Both the position numbers and the translations under genes were made by a program. 64,000 nt of DNA, taken from contig CM052817.1 of assembly GCA_028534125.1 (NCBI GenBank), positions 44,456,001-44,520,000 on the forward strand, written 5' to 3'. The first letter of the stretch is position 1, and every line of letters begins with the position of its first letter. Shown here in pieces: positions 25,800 through 38,374 of this stretch. This DNA is from Lama glama. Its lineage: Eukaryota. Below the pieces are notes generated by a model. It saw only the letters and a program-made list of their open reading frames with translations. It made no database searches and was not told the origin of the DNA.

Positions 25800-26320
25800 T
25801 TTTAAAAAAATTATGGTAGAATACGCATACAGTTTACCATCTTAACCATTTGAAGTGTACAGTTCAGTGGCATTAAGTACATTCACATTACTGTGTTGCC
25901 ATCACCACCAGCCATCTCCAGAACTCATGCATCTTTTCAAACTGAAACTCTGTTCCCATTAAACACTAACTCCCCATTCCCCTGCCCTGCTAGCCACCAC
26001 CAACCATCATTCTACTTTCTGTCTCTATGAACTGACTACTCTAGATACCTCATCTCAGTGGAATCATACAGCATTTGTTCTTTTTGTGACTGGCTTACTT
26101 CACACTTAGCATCATGTCAAGTCTCACCCATGCTGTAGCATGTGACAGGGTTTCTTTCCTTATAAAGGCTGAACAATGTTCTGTTATGTGTAGATACCAC
26201 ACTTTGCTTACCCATTCATCTGTCAACGGACACTTGCTTGAGTTGCTTCTACCTTTGGCTACTGTAAATAATACCACTACGGACGTGCATACCCACATAG
26301 CTCTTCAAGTCCCTGCTTTT
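25800..26320 (-). mobile_element. L1MB-like 3' region
   Basis: CCATCTTAACCATTTGAAGTGTACAGTTCAGTGGCATTAAGTACATTCACAT...CTGAAACTCTGTTCCCATTAAACACTAACTCCCC. Confidence 0.85.
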
Positions 26321-26426
26321 CTGCATTTACTTTCAAGAAATTACAAAATGTAAGAGTTTGAAGACCTTTGTCACACTTTCATATGTCATTGTCTGAATAA
26401 TGCATTCACATGATCAGTTTAAGATT

Positions 26427-26503
26427 TTTTTTAAAGAAAGTGAAGTGAGGATGTATTAAGGGATAAATAGTACACTCTCAGGGGGAGAGTGGGCAGGCTC
26501 CAG
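26427..26503 (-). mobile_element. Tiny retro-insertion, possibly the polyadenylated R region of an LTR
   Basis: Minus strand ...GAGAGTGTACTATTTATCCCTTAATACATCCTCACTTCACTTTCTTT plus A tail. 13/16 TSD tgatcagtttaagatt / tgagcagctcaagatt. Confidence 0.5.
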
Positions 26504-27594
26504 TGAGCAGCTCAAGATTGTCATTACGAATACCTGTCTGCAGTGAGGGAGACCAGAATTTCCTCCAGCGTTAAGAGACACTGGGTATCACCGGACTTTT
26601 CTTAAACTCTAGGCCTACAGTGCGGCAAACTGCCCTTTTTTCCTTTTTTAGCATTTTGATGATACCACCTTCAATCAACCAAAACTTGAGACTCCGATTC
26701 CCAGTAAAATTCTTTCTTTTCCCGATAATCTGTAAGGTCCTGAAAGTGACCCAGTTCTGTTTGCTTCTGTGATAAAAGTGTTCAGCGGGAGTGCCTAACG
26801 CACTTGGAGTCTTCTGTGGTTTGCCAGGTCAGGCAGGCCAGCCCTGACACAGTAGAAGTTCCCAGGACAGCACTTATCAGGGAATGAAGTTATGACATGA
26901 TTTCAGTCTACCAGGCTCAGGAGAGACTGCTGAGAACTGCCACGAATTAAGTTAAGAAAATCGTTGAGTTTACATAGATAAATAAACGTCAGAAAACACC
27001 ACTGTAATCGTAAGAGATGTGGCAAAAAGCAGCCACATCCACAGAACCGTCCAGAACCCGAGGGAAGGCCCGGGATCTCACCAGTGCTGGGGAAGGAAAG
27101 CCACACACATGGGTCTGGGCCTCAGAAGCACGCCCCTCCTCCGAGGGGCTCTGTCTTCTGTGGGACTTCAAGCTCTATGGCCAAGGTGCAGATGGGAAGC
27201 CACAGCTTCCTGGAACACCCTCCCAGAGGCCTCACCCTCAACTGGTATGAAAGGTGGGACAAGAAATTAAACACAGGATATCAGTGGCAGGGAGATAAGA
27301 GATTAAAAAAAAAATAGAAGAAAAGAAACATGGATCCCAGCCAGGCCACGCTGCGTGAGTGAGTGTCTCACACGGGCAGCTGCGACCGCCTGCAGACTTA
27401 AGGGTGTTCCACTAATATGAGGCCCAAGGGCAGAGGCTCATTTTTACCCAAGGCCCTGAGAGGTAAAAGATAGGCAATATACCTATTCCCCCTATTTCTG
27501 GAGGGCCTGGGCATCTGTGGAATCCCCAGTGAGAACTGTGGAAGCCTTGGGCCCTCCTTAGGGCATGGGGTCAGGGGGAGAGTCCTTCCCTCTG

Positions 27595-27755
27595 AGTCAA
27601 GAATTCTCACCCCAGGCTGCACCTGCAAACCATTTGGGAGCCTTTTAAAACCGGAAGCCCAGGGCCAACCCCAAACCAACTGAGTCAGAATCTTGGGGGA
27701 TGATCCCATTGTCATTTTAAAATTTCTGCAGATGAATTCTCATGTGCAGCAAAGA
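27595..27755. mobile_element. MER5-like hAT-Charlie MITE remnant
   Basis: GGCTGCACC...GGGAGCCTTTTAAAA...CCCAGGGCCAACCCCAAACCAACTGAGTCAGAATCT...TCTCATGTGCAGC. Confidence 0.65.
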
Positions 27756-27877
27756 ATCACAGCTGTCAGTCAACTAAGGAGTCTAGCTGCATAAACTCAA
27801 GAATGATCAATTACCTTACTGCATACATTTCATCAAACGACACAGGCATTCCTCCAAAGAGAGACATCTTAGGAAGC

Positions 27878-28280
27878 TGTATTAGTTAGCTAGGGCTGCC
27901 ACAGCAAAACACCTGGCTAAAACGATGGAAATTAATTCTCTCACAGTTCTGGAGGCTGGAAGTTCAAGATCAAGATATCAGCGGGTTGGTCTTCTCCAGA
28001 GGCCTCTCTCCTTGGCTTGCACATGGCCGTCTTTTCACTGTGTCCTGTCTTTTCACTGTGTCCTTCCTCTGTGTGCATCCCTCGGGCCTCTGTGTGTGTC
28101 CGAATTTCTTCTTAAAAGGACAGGAGTCAGACTGGATTAGAGCCCACCTTAAGGGCTCATTTTAACTGATTATTTAAATATTTAAATGTCTCTAAATATA
28201 GTCACATTCTGAGGTATTGGGGGGTCAGAGCATCAACATATGTAATTGGGGTCGGGGGGCGGGACACAATTCAGTCATAA
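27878..28280 (-). mobile_element. MLT1-family solo LTR (ERVL-MaLR)
   Basis: TGTATTAGTTAGCTAGGGCTGCC...CTCTCACAGTTCTGGAGGCTGGAAGTTCAAGATCAAG...GTCACATTCTGAGGTA...GGACACAATTCA. Confidence 0.86.
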
Positions 28281-29906
28281 GTTCTTTAGATGGCAAGGTG
28301 GCTTTCCTAAATAAACTCTTTGGCTTCACAAATACCAAATGTTTTGTTTACTTAAAGTCAGAATTTCCTGATGAGTAAGCAAGCCCCTTAGAAAAAGAAC
28401 TGTTTAAAATTATGTGAATGCTGAGCACGTGGTGACTGACGAAGGGCCTACGGAGAAAACGCTCTTTTTAAATGGCCAGAATTAACGCCAGGAAGCAGCT
28501 CACCTAGGCTGAAAATCTGGCTCATTATCTTCAACTGCTAGGGGACAAGAGCCAAACATACTTGTATGTACAGCCCAGATAAGAAATTGTTTGAGCAGTC
28601 AGACAAGGTGTCTCAAAACAGCAGCTTGGGGTAAGGCCGGTGTCATGACTCAGATTCCTATGGAAACGGAGAAGGTAAATGCATGAAGCGAACCAAGGGG
28701 ACTGGGGTGCCTGGAACACTCGTGCCCTGTCTCCAGGGCCTTGCAGAAAATAGGTCCACCGTTACCTGAGCTCCCAACTTCTAAGAAAAAAGTTGGACAG
28801 GTTTTTATGTGAAAGTTTCCAGTTTTTACATGTTGGAAATTAATTTAGAAAAAACCCACCACCGTTCTGTGGGCCAAATAAAACACTTTTTCAGGAGAGA
28901 CTGGGCTGGTTGGCAGCCGGTCATCGCCTCTGGTGTAAAGCCACAGGATGACCCAGGTTCCAGTCTTGACTTGGCAAGTTGGGTGACTTTGCCACCAGCT
29001 TGTCTGGAATTCATCTTGAAATATAAGGGGGCTTTATGAGAGTTTTGTGAAAGTCAGGTACACAATTCTTTTGTTCTCTATTGGAGGAAATGCAGAATCC
29101 TCAAGTCCAATGAGAGTTTAAGGCTCAAGGACCCCTAAAACACCGGCATCTAAACAGGAACAGGTCAACTCCACCAGCTCCCTCCCTCCCTCAGCTAGTT
29201 TCAAGCTGACAGAAGATAACTTTCCTTGGAATGGATTTAGCTAGTTTAAATTTTTTTCTTTGGAACTAAGGAAAACGCTGTAACCTAGGCATGATTTTCA
29301 ATACATGTTTTCCAGATTGCTAGAGATTTATATGGTGACTTAAACCAATAAACCTCAATGTCTCCCAGCAGGATCCGTCACCTCTGGAGAAGCAAGGAGG
29401 CAGCAGAGTGTAGAGAACAGTGCTCTGCCCAGGAATCCAGGGACCCAGCTCTGAGCTCACCCCTGAGGAACCAACTCTGTGAATCCATTTCTCTGATCTT
29501 CAGTTGGCCTGTAAAGATCTTGGGACTTCTCAATGCTAAATTCTATTATTCTAGTTACCAAAATTAAAGTATTAGTTCTCAATTCTGCAACCAGTTATAA
29601 AGGCACCAGGAAATGACAAAAATCAACTTGGTCAAATCGCCTGAACCCTGTGTCTGAGTTTTCCAGTCTTAATACTGCGAGCTAGGGAACTCGATCATGT
29701 TGGATGGGCTGTCAAACTCAATGTTGGGGAAGCACTTAGATGTTTTCAAAGTTTTTGTAAATGCATAGAACACAAGTAGGAAGGGAGAATTACTGAAACC
29801 ACTGTAAGTGGGAGTCTTTAGGAAGAAAATACTTTTGAAATCTCAAGTTTGAAAGCAACTGGATAATGAAAAGTGATGCTGGTTTGAAAGTTTCACTATG
29901 GACTGC

Positions 29907-30475
29907 TGTGGTAGGCAGAATTCTAAAGATGGCCCCATGATTCCTGCCTCCTGGCTACTCAACCAAACATTAATTTACTGTGAGGGGAGTTTGTAGATGC
30001 AATTACAGTTCCAAGACGATGGACCTTAAGATACAGAGATTATACAGGTAAGTCTGACCCAACCAGGTGAGTCTTTTTAAAAGCAGTAAGGAAGACAGAT
30101 ATTTACAGCACAGGGCATGGGGGGAAAGAATCAATGTGTTTTGCAGGCTTAAAGATAGAGGGGTCCATATGACAAAAAGGTACAGGCTGCCTCTAGGAGC
30201 GGAGAGCTGTTCTAAGTGACATCCAGTAAGGAAACCACAGGAACTAAACTGAACCAACAATTTTAATGAGCTTGAAAGTGGATTCTTCCTGAGAGCCTCC
30301 AGATAAGAACCCAGCCCAGGTGACAGACATTTCATTTCAGCCCTGTGACCCTAAGCACAGAACTCAACTGAGTCATACGGGACTTCTGACCTGCAGAACT
30401 GAGCTAATACATTTGTGTTGCTTTAAGACGCTATGTTTGTGGTAATTTGTTACACAGCAATAAAAAACTAACACA
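29907..30475 (+). mobile_element. MLT1-family solo LTR (MLT1E/F-like)
   Basis: TGTGGTAGGCAGAATTCTAAAGATGGCCCC...TTGTGGTAATTTGTTACACAGCAATA...AACACA. TG...CA ends and 5-bp TSD actgc / gctgc. Confidence 0.86.
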
Positions 30476-30489
30476 GCTGCCAGCAAATG

Positions 30490-31445
30490 TCGAGAAGGCT
30501 GGAATTGGATTGTAAGATGTTACAACCACTTTGGAACATGGTATGGAAGTTTCTTATTTGGTAAACACACATCTACCCTGTGATCAAGCATCTCACTCAG
30601 GTATTCACCCAAGAAAAATGAAAACATATGTCTCCAAAAAGACTTGTACTCTAATAGTCATAGTAGCTTTATTCATAATAGCCCCACACGGGACACAGCC
30701 CCAGCATCCATCAGCAGGAGGATGGATAAACAATGAATACAAGCAACAACAAGGATGAAGTTCAAAAACATTATGTTGAGTAAAAAAATACCACACAAAA
30801 GAGTACATACTGTGTTATTTCATTTATAAGAAGTTCTAGAATAGGCAAAACTAATCTATAGTGAAATATACCGGAACACTGGATACCTGGGGGCAGGAGT
30901 GGGGATGGACTAGGAAGGGGCACAGAACTTTAGGGGATGATTAAAATGGTCTGTATCTTTTTGCTTTTCTTTTTTTTCAAATATAAGTATAGTCAATTTA
31001 CCATGTTGTGTTAATTTCTGGTGTACAGCACAATGATTCAGTCAAATGTGTGTGTGTGTGTATATATATAAATACATATATAAAAATTCCTTTTCATATT
31101 CTTTTTTATTATAGGCTATTACAAGGTATAGAATATAGTTCCCTGTGCTATACAGTAGGACTTTGATGTTTATCTATTTTATATAGAGTAGTTAGTATCT
31201 GCAAATCCCAAACTCCCAATTTATCCCTCCCTCCCCTCCCCCTCCATAACCACATACAAAAGTTTGTTTTCAATGTCTGTGAATCTGCTTCTATTTTGTA
31301 AATAAGTTCATTTGTTTCAAAAATGGTCTATATCTTGATAGAGGTGTAGTTTACACAGGTGTAGATATTTGTCAGGACTCACTCATGTAATACTTAAGCA
31401 TACATTTCAGTTTGTAAATGATCTCTCCATAAAAATATATTGAAA
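30490..31445 (+). mobile_element. Old L1 3' end (L1MC/ME-like), split by the younger L1 fragment
   Basis: CCCAAGAAAAATGAAAACATATGTC, CATAGTAGCTTTATTCATAATAGCC, GAGTACATACTGTG...GGCAAAACTAATCTATAGTGA. Confidence 0.82.
30960..31319 (-). mobile_element. Short L1 3'-end insertion nested in an older L1
   Basis: Same 3' UTR family as the 19.1 kb copy. 17-bp TSD aaaatggtctgtatctt (30943-30959) / aaaatggtctatatctt (31320-31336). Confidence 0.88.
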
Positions 31446-32057
31446 AACAAATTAGAAAATAATTCAAGCCTATATGTTGCAGACTAGTTATCACTAAGGT
31501 GTTAATGACTCTCTCTTAGGAGTATCCATTTAAAAACAGACAGGGCAAGAATTAACCCAGAGACTCGGACATATGAGCACCTGAGCAACTGGATGGAAAA
31601 TTGATGGGCAGTGAGGCCCATCTAGAGAATCTCAAACCCCTGCACAGACTTCCTCAAATAGTCTTGCAAAAAATTGCTACCAAAAAAAAAACAAACCCTA
31701 CTACAAGTTTATTTGATGCCCAAGTCCAAAATGCTCAAAGGTGAATGGCAAAGATGCTGGGAGGCTGCAGCTACCCAAGCAGGAAGGCTCTGGACAGGAG
31801 CTGGGTATACAGGACAAGGGGAATTACCCTGAAACTCCCATGTGAGGGAGATGGGGCGGGAGCTTCAAATGCTCAGATCTGATGGTCAAGGGACAGCAAC
31901 CCACAGAGGTGGCCTCCAGGTGACACCTGCCTGGCACGAGCACTGAAGGGGTCACTGCTGTGCAGCTACACTCCTGGTTTCTTAACATGAACACACTGGG
32001 GAATGTGTAATACACTGGGGATGAGCTGCTTCAGTTAAAATAAACTCATCTTTTCTT

Positions 32058-32313
32058 TTTTTTATTGTAATATAGTTGACATACAATTATTATGTGAGTT
32101 ACAGGTGTACAACACAGTGATTCACAATTTTGAAAGATTATACTCCATTTAGAGTTACTGTTAAATATTGGCTATATTCCCCGTGTTGTACAATATATCC
32201 ATGTAGCTTATTTTGCCCCTACTAGTTTATACCTCTTAGTCTCCCACCCCCACATAGTCCCTCCCCACTCCCTCACCCCACTGGTGACCACTAGTTTGTT
32301 CTCTGTATCTGTG
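32058..32313 (-). mobile_element. Short L1 3'-end insertion with perfect 17-bp TSD
   Basis: Poly-T followed by ATTGTAATATAGTTGACATACAAT...CACTAGTTTGTTCTCTGTATCTGTG. TSD taaactcatcttttctt at 32041-32057 and 32314-32330. Confidence 0.88.
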
Positions 32314-32507
32314 TAAACTCATCTTTTCTTACTTGGTGGAAGAAGCTTCTCAAAGCCCATAGAAATTTCACTGGATTCCACAGAGTTACATACTTTGGTG
32401 CTTGTGAAAGGACTCTAAACACAGCCAACAATTGCAAGCTAAAGTTTTCTCAGTTTGACTAACGTGGCTCTAAATGAAAATGACCAGTATGAGAAGTGGT
32501 GCTTTAC

Positions 32508-32612
32508 GTATGACTGAACTATTGTGCTGTACACCAGAAATTGACAGAATATTGTAAACTGTACCTAAATTTTTAAAATTCTAAATAAATTGATTAAAAA
32601 ATTTAAAAAGAA
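32508..32612 (+). mobile_element. Very short L1 3'-terminal fragment
   Basis: GTATGACTGAACTATTGTGCTGTACACCAGAAATTGACAGAATATTGTAAACTG plus an A-rich tail. It resembles the end of the 23.7 kb copy. Confidence 0.7.
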
Positions 32613-34514
32613 ACGCTTTAGAAAGGTGGAAAAAAAGGTGGGCTGTAATTTTTCTAAGAAGCTCTAGTGGTTAGAATAGGGGGAGGTGGGAAAGGCAGTG
32701 AGAAGCAACGAGGCCACCTGTTTGACAAGATGTCTTGGGTCTGTTGGCCTCTGTCCTTAGAAAGTTCCACTGGTAAACAGAAAGTGATAAGCACTCAGCC
32801 CCTCTGGAGGGAAAGAGTCAGTAAGTTCACCTGGGGAAGTTGTTGCTAGGGAGACGAGAGGGGCGGTGGGCTGAAGAATGAGCCTCAAGTACTTACAATG
32901 AGAGTTAAATTGAGATGATTTAATAAGAGGGCCACTGGAACCAAACTTTCCTGTTAGGGAGCCAACCAGAGAAGACAGAATGGACTCTCAATGAGATACT
33001 TTCTTAGGTGAGTCTTTGTTTTTGGTTTGTTTAATCATAACAATGATTTGAAAAAGCTGTACTAATGAGTCAGAAATGGGTTTGGCTACATACACTAGAA
33101 ACTAGTTACAAATTCCCTAATTATTACCCCCCCCCAATTTTTATTTTTACTAGGAAATGATACAATGTGCCACTGAATCCATAGGCTTTGTTCTTTTATG
33201 TAAGTGGTATGTATCTGACTGGTCAGTTTTTCAATCTGCTTGATTCTGATATTGAGAAATGTTTGATATTTTTGGCTTTGAGTGGAACTGAGACTATTCA
33301 CCCATTTTTCCATCCAAAGGTGCCCACATTAGCCATTACTTGGATCCTACCAATCATGTACACTAGGGGTGAGGGGGTTGGAAGGGGTTCCCATAGCACC
33401 CTGCAGGAATCCTTAACGTAACTCCTAGTACACTGTTATAATTCACTATTCCTGGATTGTACCCCTCACTTGAAAACGAGGTTTTGAGGGGCATGCAATG
33501 GTTTGTCTTATTTATCCTTTATTCTTAATGCCTGAGTATCTGACACACAGTAGGCGGAAATAAATATTTTTAGTCTTGCTATTTCCTGTTCCATTCCCTA
33601 TGGAGATGAAAACCAGTCCTGATTTTCTTTTTCTACATGAAGGCATGCACTCATTGCTCAATCTCAGATTCAGCCACATAAACTTTCCTTTGCTTTTCTA
33701 TCTTTAGAACCCCTCCCCAGGGTTCTTTCCGAAATGAAGCAAGAATTTCTGAATGACCTGTGAATGCCAACAAGGGCAGTGAACACAAATCACTCACCAA
33801 AAACCGAGGCTGGAGGTTGGAAAACCTGTGATCTGGTGGTCAGCTCCCCATCCTCACAGTCTGGTGGGCACTAAACAGATATGTCAGTGTCAGTGCCTGC
33901 CCTCATGTTCACAATCGTGGGATTGTGGGGATTTATTATAAATTGTATGGAAAAGTCCTTGGCAACTGCAAAACAGGTATTGTTATCAACTTCATTTTAT
34001 CTGTGTGGAAAAGGTCCAGAGGTGAAGGGAGCTGCCCTGGCAGATGCATTCAGTGGAATATTTGAACCCCAAGCCAGTGGTTTCCCCACAGCCTCACGAA
34101 TGTACTGAACTCTACGAAGACAGGACCAATTCCAGGATCGCCCTACATGATCATAAAGGAAGACACAGGTGGCACTGGCCTGAGAACATGTGTCCTTGGA
34201 AAGGGTCCTGAAATCAGCCCAGTCCGCAGGGAACCAGGTACTGACCACTACTAGCCTGACTGACTCGTTGGGCCTCCGAGATGGTCTGTTCTCTTCGTAT
34301 GTCTCTATCAGGAAACCCAATAGTCACAGAGCCGAGAAGCAGGTTTTCTCTATAATTAGTGCAACAGGCCAATGGATGTCACTGTTGCACCATAGAAACA
34401 GAATCTCAACCCCAAGGGGACTTTGAACAGCAACACACTCACTGCTTGGTTACTTTAACAGAGCAGAGGGCACCTGAAACCAAAGGAGACTGTTTTAAGT
34501 GGATGGTATGCTAT

Positions 34515-35395
34515 TGTAATTTATAAGAAATATGTATCTATTCAGTCTTCCAGATCTTTCCCCAGTTTCTGGCTCACAGTTCCCAGACCTCAGAATTTCC
34601 TAAGGGATGGGAGCTTCTCAGTGTCTTTTCTTATGTTAATGAGATGACTTTTGGAAGGCACCTCAGGTTGTTGCCAGTTGCCAGTGGAGCTAATCTTAAA
34701 ATGAGAGGGTTGGAACTTTCAGTCCTAACCCCAGACCCAGACGGCAGAGGGACAGGAGGTCAACTTCAATCACCAATGGCCAGTGATCTTATCAGTTGTA
34801 CCTATGCAATAAAGCCTCCACAAAAGGACAGAGTTCAGAAAGCTTCCGGGCTGGTGAACACGTGGAGGCTGGGGAGGTGGAGCACCTGGAGAGAGGTGGA
34901 AGCCCTACTCCCTCCCGCTGTACCTTGCCCAAGGCATCTTTTCCATTGAGTTCTGTTCTTTCACAATAAACCGGTGGTCGTTTTTTTGAGTTCTGTGAGC
35001 TGCTCTAGCAAATTAAGTGAACCCAAGGAGGAAGTCGTGGGAACTTCTGATGTATAGCCAGTTGGCCAGAAGTCCAGGTAACAGCCCGGACTTGTGACTG
35101 GCATCCCAAGTTGGAGGGGGTCTTTGGAACCTCCAGTTTGTGGTCTGTATGTCAGAAGCACAAGTAACAACCTGGGCTGCATCTCGTTCTGAAGTGTGTT
35201 GTGTTCAGTCTTGTAGGACTGAACCCTTAACCTATGGAATCTGATGCTATCTCTGGGCAGACAGTCTCAGAACTGAGTTGAATTCTCAAACACCCTGCTG
35301 GTGACAGAGCACTCCTTGTCAGTGTGGGGAAATCCCACTGGAATTGGGGGCAGATGCCAATCCCCCACTGGAATTGGGGGCAGAGGCCAAAAGAG
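34515..35395 (+). mobile_element. MER21-like LTR (ERVL)
   Basis: GAGGGTTGGAACTTTCAG, CAATCACCAATGGCCAGTGAT, GTTCTGTGAGCTGCTCTAGCAAATTA...GAACCCAAGGAGG, CTTGTAGGACTGAACCCTTAACC. Confidence 0.78.
35334..35390. repeat. Two-copy tandem duplication, 30-bp period
   Basis: cccactggaattgggggcagatgccaa / cccactggaattgggggcagaggccaa. Confidence 0.9.
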
Positions 35396-36974
35396 ATTGT
35401 AATTAATATCCAATTTTTAATTTTTAGAGCTAGTAATGAGCAGGGACGTTCAGGATAAGTGAAGGCAACTCAAGTTATGGCAAATAGCTTTGAACAGACT
35501 GGGGAGCTACAGATGAATGTGTGGGTCACTTCTCAGGGGAAAAGTTGACAAAATGAATCAAACCAATTCCTTTGACTTCAAATATTGTGTGTCTTCTACT
35601 CTGCATGACTGCCTCTCACAATCAGACCAAATGCAAAACTATTTTAAAAATACATATGTTGATACTTATGAGTGAAACCTCTCACCATATCAATGACCTA
35701 ACATAGATGCTTTGGGAGGAACTTCTAATCCTCAACCTGTATGGTGATCAAAGGGATAAATAAATTTATTAAGTACCCACAAGTGCCAGGAACAGTGTTA
35801 GACTTTTCACAACTCTTTAATGTAAGTATTATTTCCATTTTTCATGGAAATGAAATGTTCCCAGTTCACAGCTGGTAAGTGATTATATGGTTGAGTCCAC
35901 TGGCCTGCAAAGCCCCTGCGCTTTCTAACAGCCCGAGAGAGACACAGCAGTGACATTCCCCAGCGAAACTTAAAGGCCTTTTAGAGTGGTCACAGGTCAT
36001 AGGCTATAATCATTCTTGGATTTTTCTGATGATGAGACCTGTCACTGCTGTCATACAGACTTAGCTGGCCTTTGGGGACACTTTCTTAAAATATAAGTAA
36101 ATTGGGCGACTAATCCTACACTTCTGTGTCTTGGTTCTTCCAGGAGCTTTGAAGTCTAGTTCTGGAGAAGGAAAGGTTAAGGGAGCGATCGAAGAGAGAA
36201 GGAACACAGGAACTTCTTTGTGTTTATCTTAGTGACATCTATAAGATTCAGCACTTATCCCAGTGGCCCTCTTCCCCGTTTCCTTCCCAGCAGTCATTCC
36301 TGGTCTTGGTCGCATTTAATACTTTCAGATAATTGATAGTAGAACTGGAGGTCCTCTTACTGGCCCAGAACTTAATGGTGATGCTTATATATACATCCAA
36401 CTCATTCAACAAGCATCTGTTATACAAATGTCCCTGGCTATGTGTCTGAAGAAACGTGGTGTTTAAAAAAGAGGCAGAGCCATGCACTCCTGGCCCCAGG
36501 ACTTGAAGATGCCCAGAACCTGACAAGAGACTAAGGTTGTAGCCTAGGTAGGTGCTATTTGCATGGAATCATTAGTGAGCAACTTCATTTTCCCCTCAAC
36601 AGTTCGGAATGCATACAAATGATATGTAGATATAGGTTTAATTTTCATGAGCAACAATCACTCCCCCATTCAGTAAACATTGAGCACCTACCTAGCATAA
36701 GAGCCAATGGAAACCGAGTCCACTTCTTTCTGAGTGAAGTCATTTTCACCACTTGGCCAAAGCTACGCAGCCGACTGGGATAGAAGTTAGAGAGTCAAAC
36801 AGGGCTCAAGTCACTAGCTGTGCGACGGGACTAACCACTTTTTCCCTTCTGAGCTTCGATTTGCAAAATGGGGATGAGAAGAAGTTGGTATGACAGCATA
36901 ATACAGAGGTTCCCTCCTCTGAATACTCCCCACATGCTAGTCCTGGAGAGGGGCACCTGAGAACAAGTGTGACA

Positions 36975-37650
36975 GGCAGTCCCCTGGGATTGCTCTCACC
37001 TGAGTTACTGTCTCTTGGCCTCCTCAGTTGGTCTCCCTGCTTTCACTCTTGTGCCCCTCAAATCCATTCTCTGCATTCGACGGAAGCAATCGGTGTAAAC
37101 AACAAAAACATGCCACTCCCTGCCTTCAACCTCCCGATGACTCCCCACCTCCTAGGATAAAGCACAAGCTCTTAGAGCTGCAACCAGGCCGCCCTGTGGA
37201 CCCTCCAGGCTTGCAGCATCCCCTGCCCAACACAGTCACACTCTCTAGGCTTCTTTTCACCTCTGCACCTTGTCTTGTGCCTCAACATTACAACACTGAA
37301 TTATGCCTCTGTCCAGTGTTCTCACCTTCTCCCTTCACTTATCTTTTAGAACTCAGCTCAGACTCGGCAACTCAGGAAAGCCTTCCTTGATGCCTCCAGC
37401 TTTCTTGGGACGCCTCCCAGGCTGGGCCAGGAGTTCTCTCTCCCCGCTGACTGCTATCATGTGCTTCCAGCTCCTGAGCATGTCTACTTCACTGCATTCA
37501 ACCCACTGACTGGCAATTTATTTATTTATGAGTATTTCTCCTTTTCTAGACTCTTCTCCTTACAGGAAAGACCATGTCTTCTTCATCCTTCTATCCCTGC
37601 CACCTGGCACACAGCAAGGGCTTGGTCAATAAAGTGAATGCTGGAATGAG
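36975..37650 (+). mobile_element. L2 remnant
   Basis: TGGCCTCCTCAGTTGGTCTCCCTGC...CAGGAAAGCCTTCCTTGA...CCTGGCACACAGCAAGGGCTTGGTCAATAAA. Confidence 0.7.
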
Positions 37651-37724
37651 GACAGCAGTGTGACAGCCAGCTCATGCTCTTTGCGTACACCACACCCCAG
37701 CTCAAACAGGTCCTGGGTCTAGGA

Positions 37725-37948
37725 CACTGGTTCGCAACCAGGGGCCATTTTGCTCCCGGGGGTCATTTCACAATGTCTGGAGACATTCAGGTTATCACAG
37801 TTGGGAGCGGAGGGAGTGTCCTTCTACCAGCTGGTGGGTAGAGGCCAAGGATGCTGCTTAAGTGCCTAGGGGAGCCCCACCTCACACCCCACAACAAAGA
37901 GTCATCCAGCCCCACATGTTAATAAGAGCCAAGTGTGAAAAGTCCTGA
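37725..37948. mobile_element. MER20 DNA transposon remnant
   Basis: CAACCAGGGGCCATTTTGC...CAATGTCTGGAGACATT...GTGGGTAGAGGCCAAGGATGCTGCT...CCCCACAACAAAGAG. Confidence 0.82.
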
Positions 37949-38346
37949 TCCAAGACGGGGTCTGGCACATGGAAGACCACAATATGGGATTCCTACTGCC
38001 GCCAGCTTAGTGGCCCTAGGGGCAGAAATGATAATCATGCTTGACATACATCAAATAATTGTACAGTATTCTGCTTTCAGTTTATTGAGCAGTTCTGCAC
38101 AAATTCACTCATTTCACAGCATCAGATCTGCAGGAGCTCAGTTCTATGTTTACAATCATACTTTACATAAAGCAAAGGTCCTACTTAGGGTCCATGGAGT
38201 GGGATGCGTGGCCCTCTTCCCCCACTTCTCTCCCAATGCACCCACATGATCTACCTGCTCTAGGACTTCATCCCTGAAAAACCAGCTAGAATGCCTGGGC
38301 CATATGGGTGAATCTATTAGCTTACCAGCTATGGTGTTGTTGAAAT

Positions 38347-38374
38347 ACACACACACACACACACACACACACAC
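38347..38374. repeat. (CA)n microsatellite
   Basis: Uninterrupted AC run. Confidence 0.95.

Noticed and set aside
35334..35390. 27-bp direct repeats resembling a mini CRISPR array
   Set aside because: Only two copies with a 3-nt gap, located in an LTR, in a mammalian genome with no cas genes.
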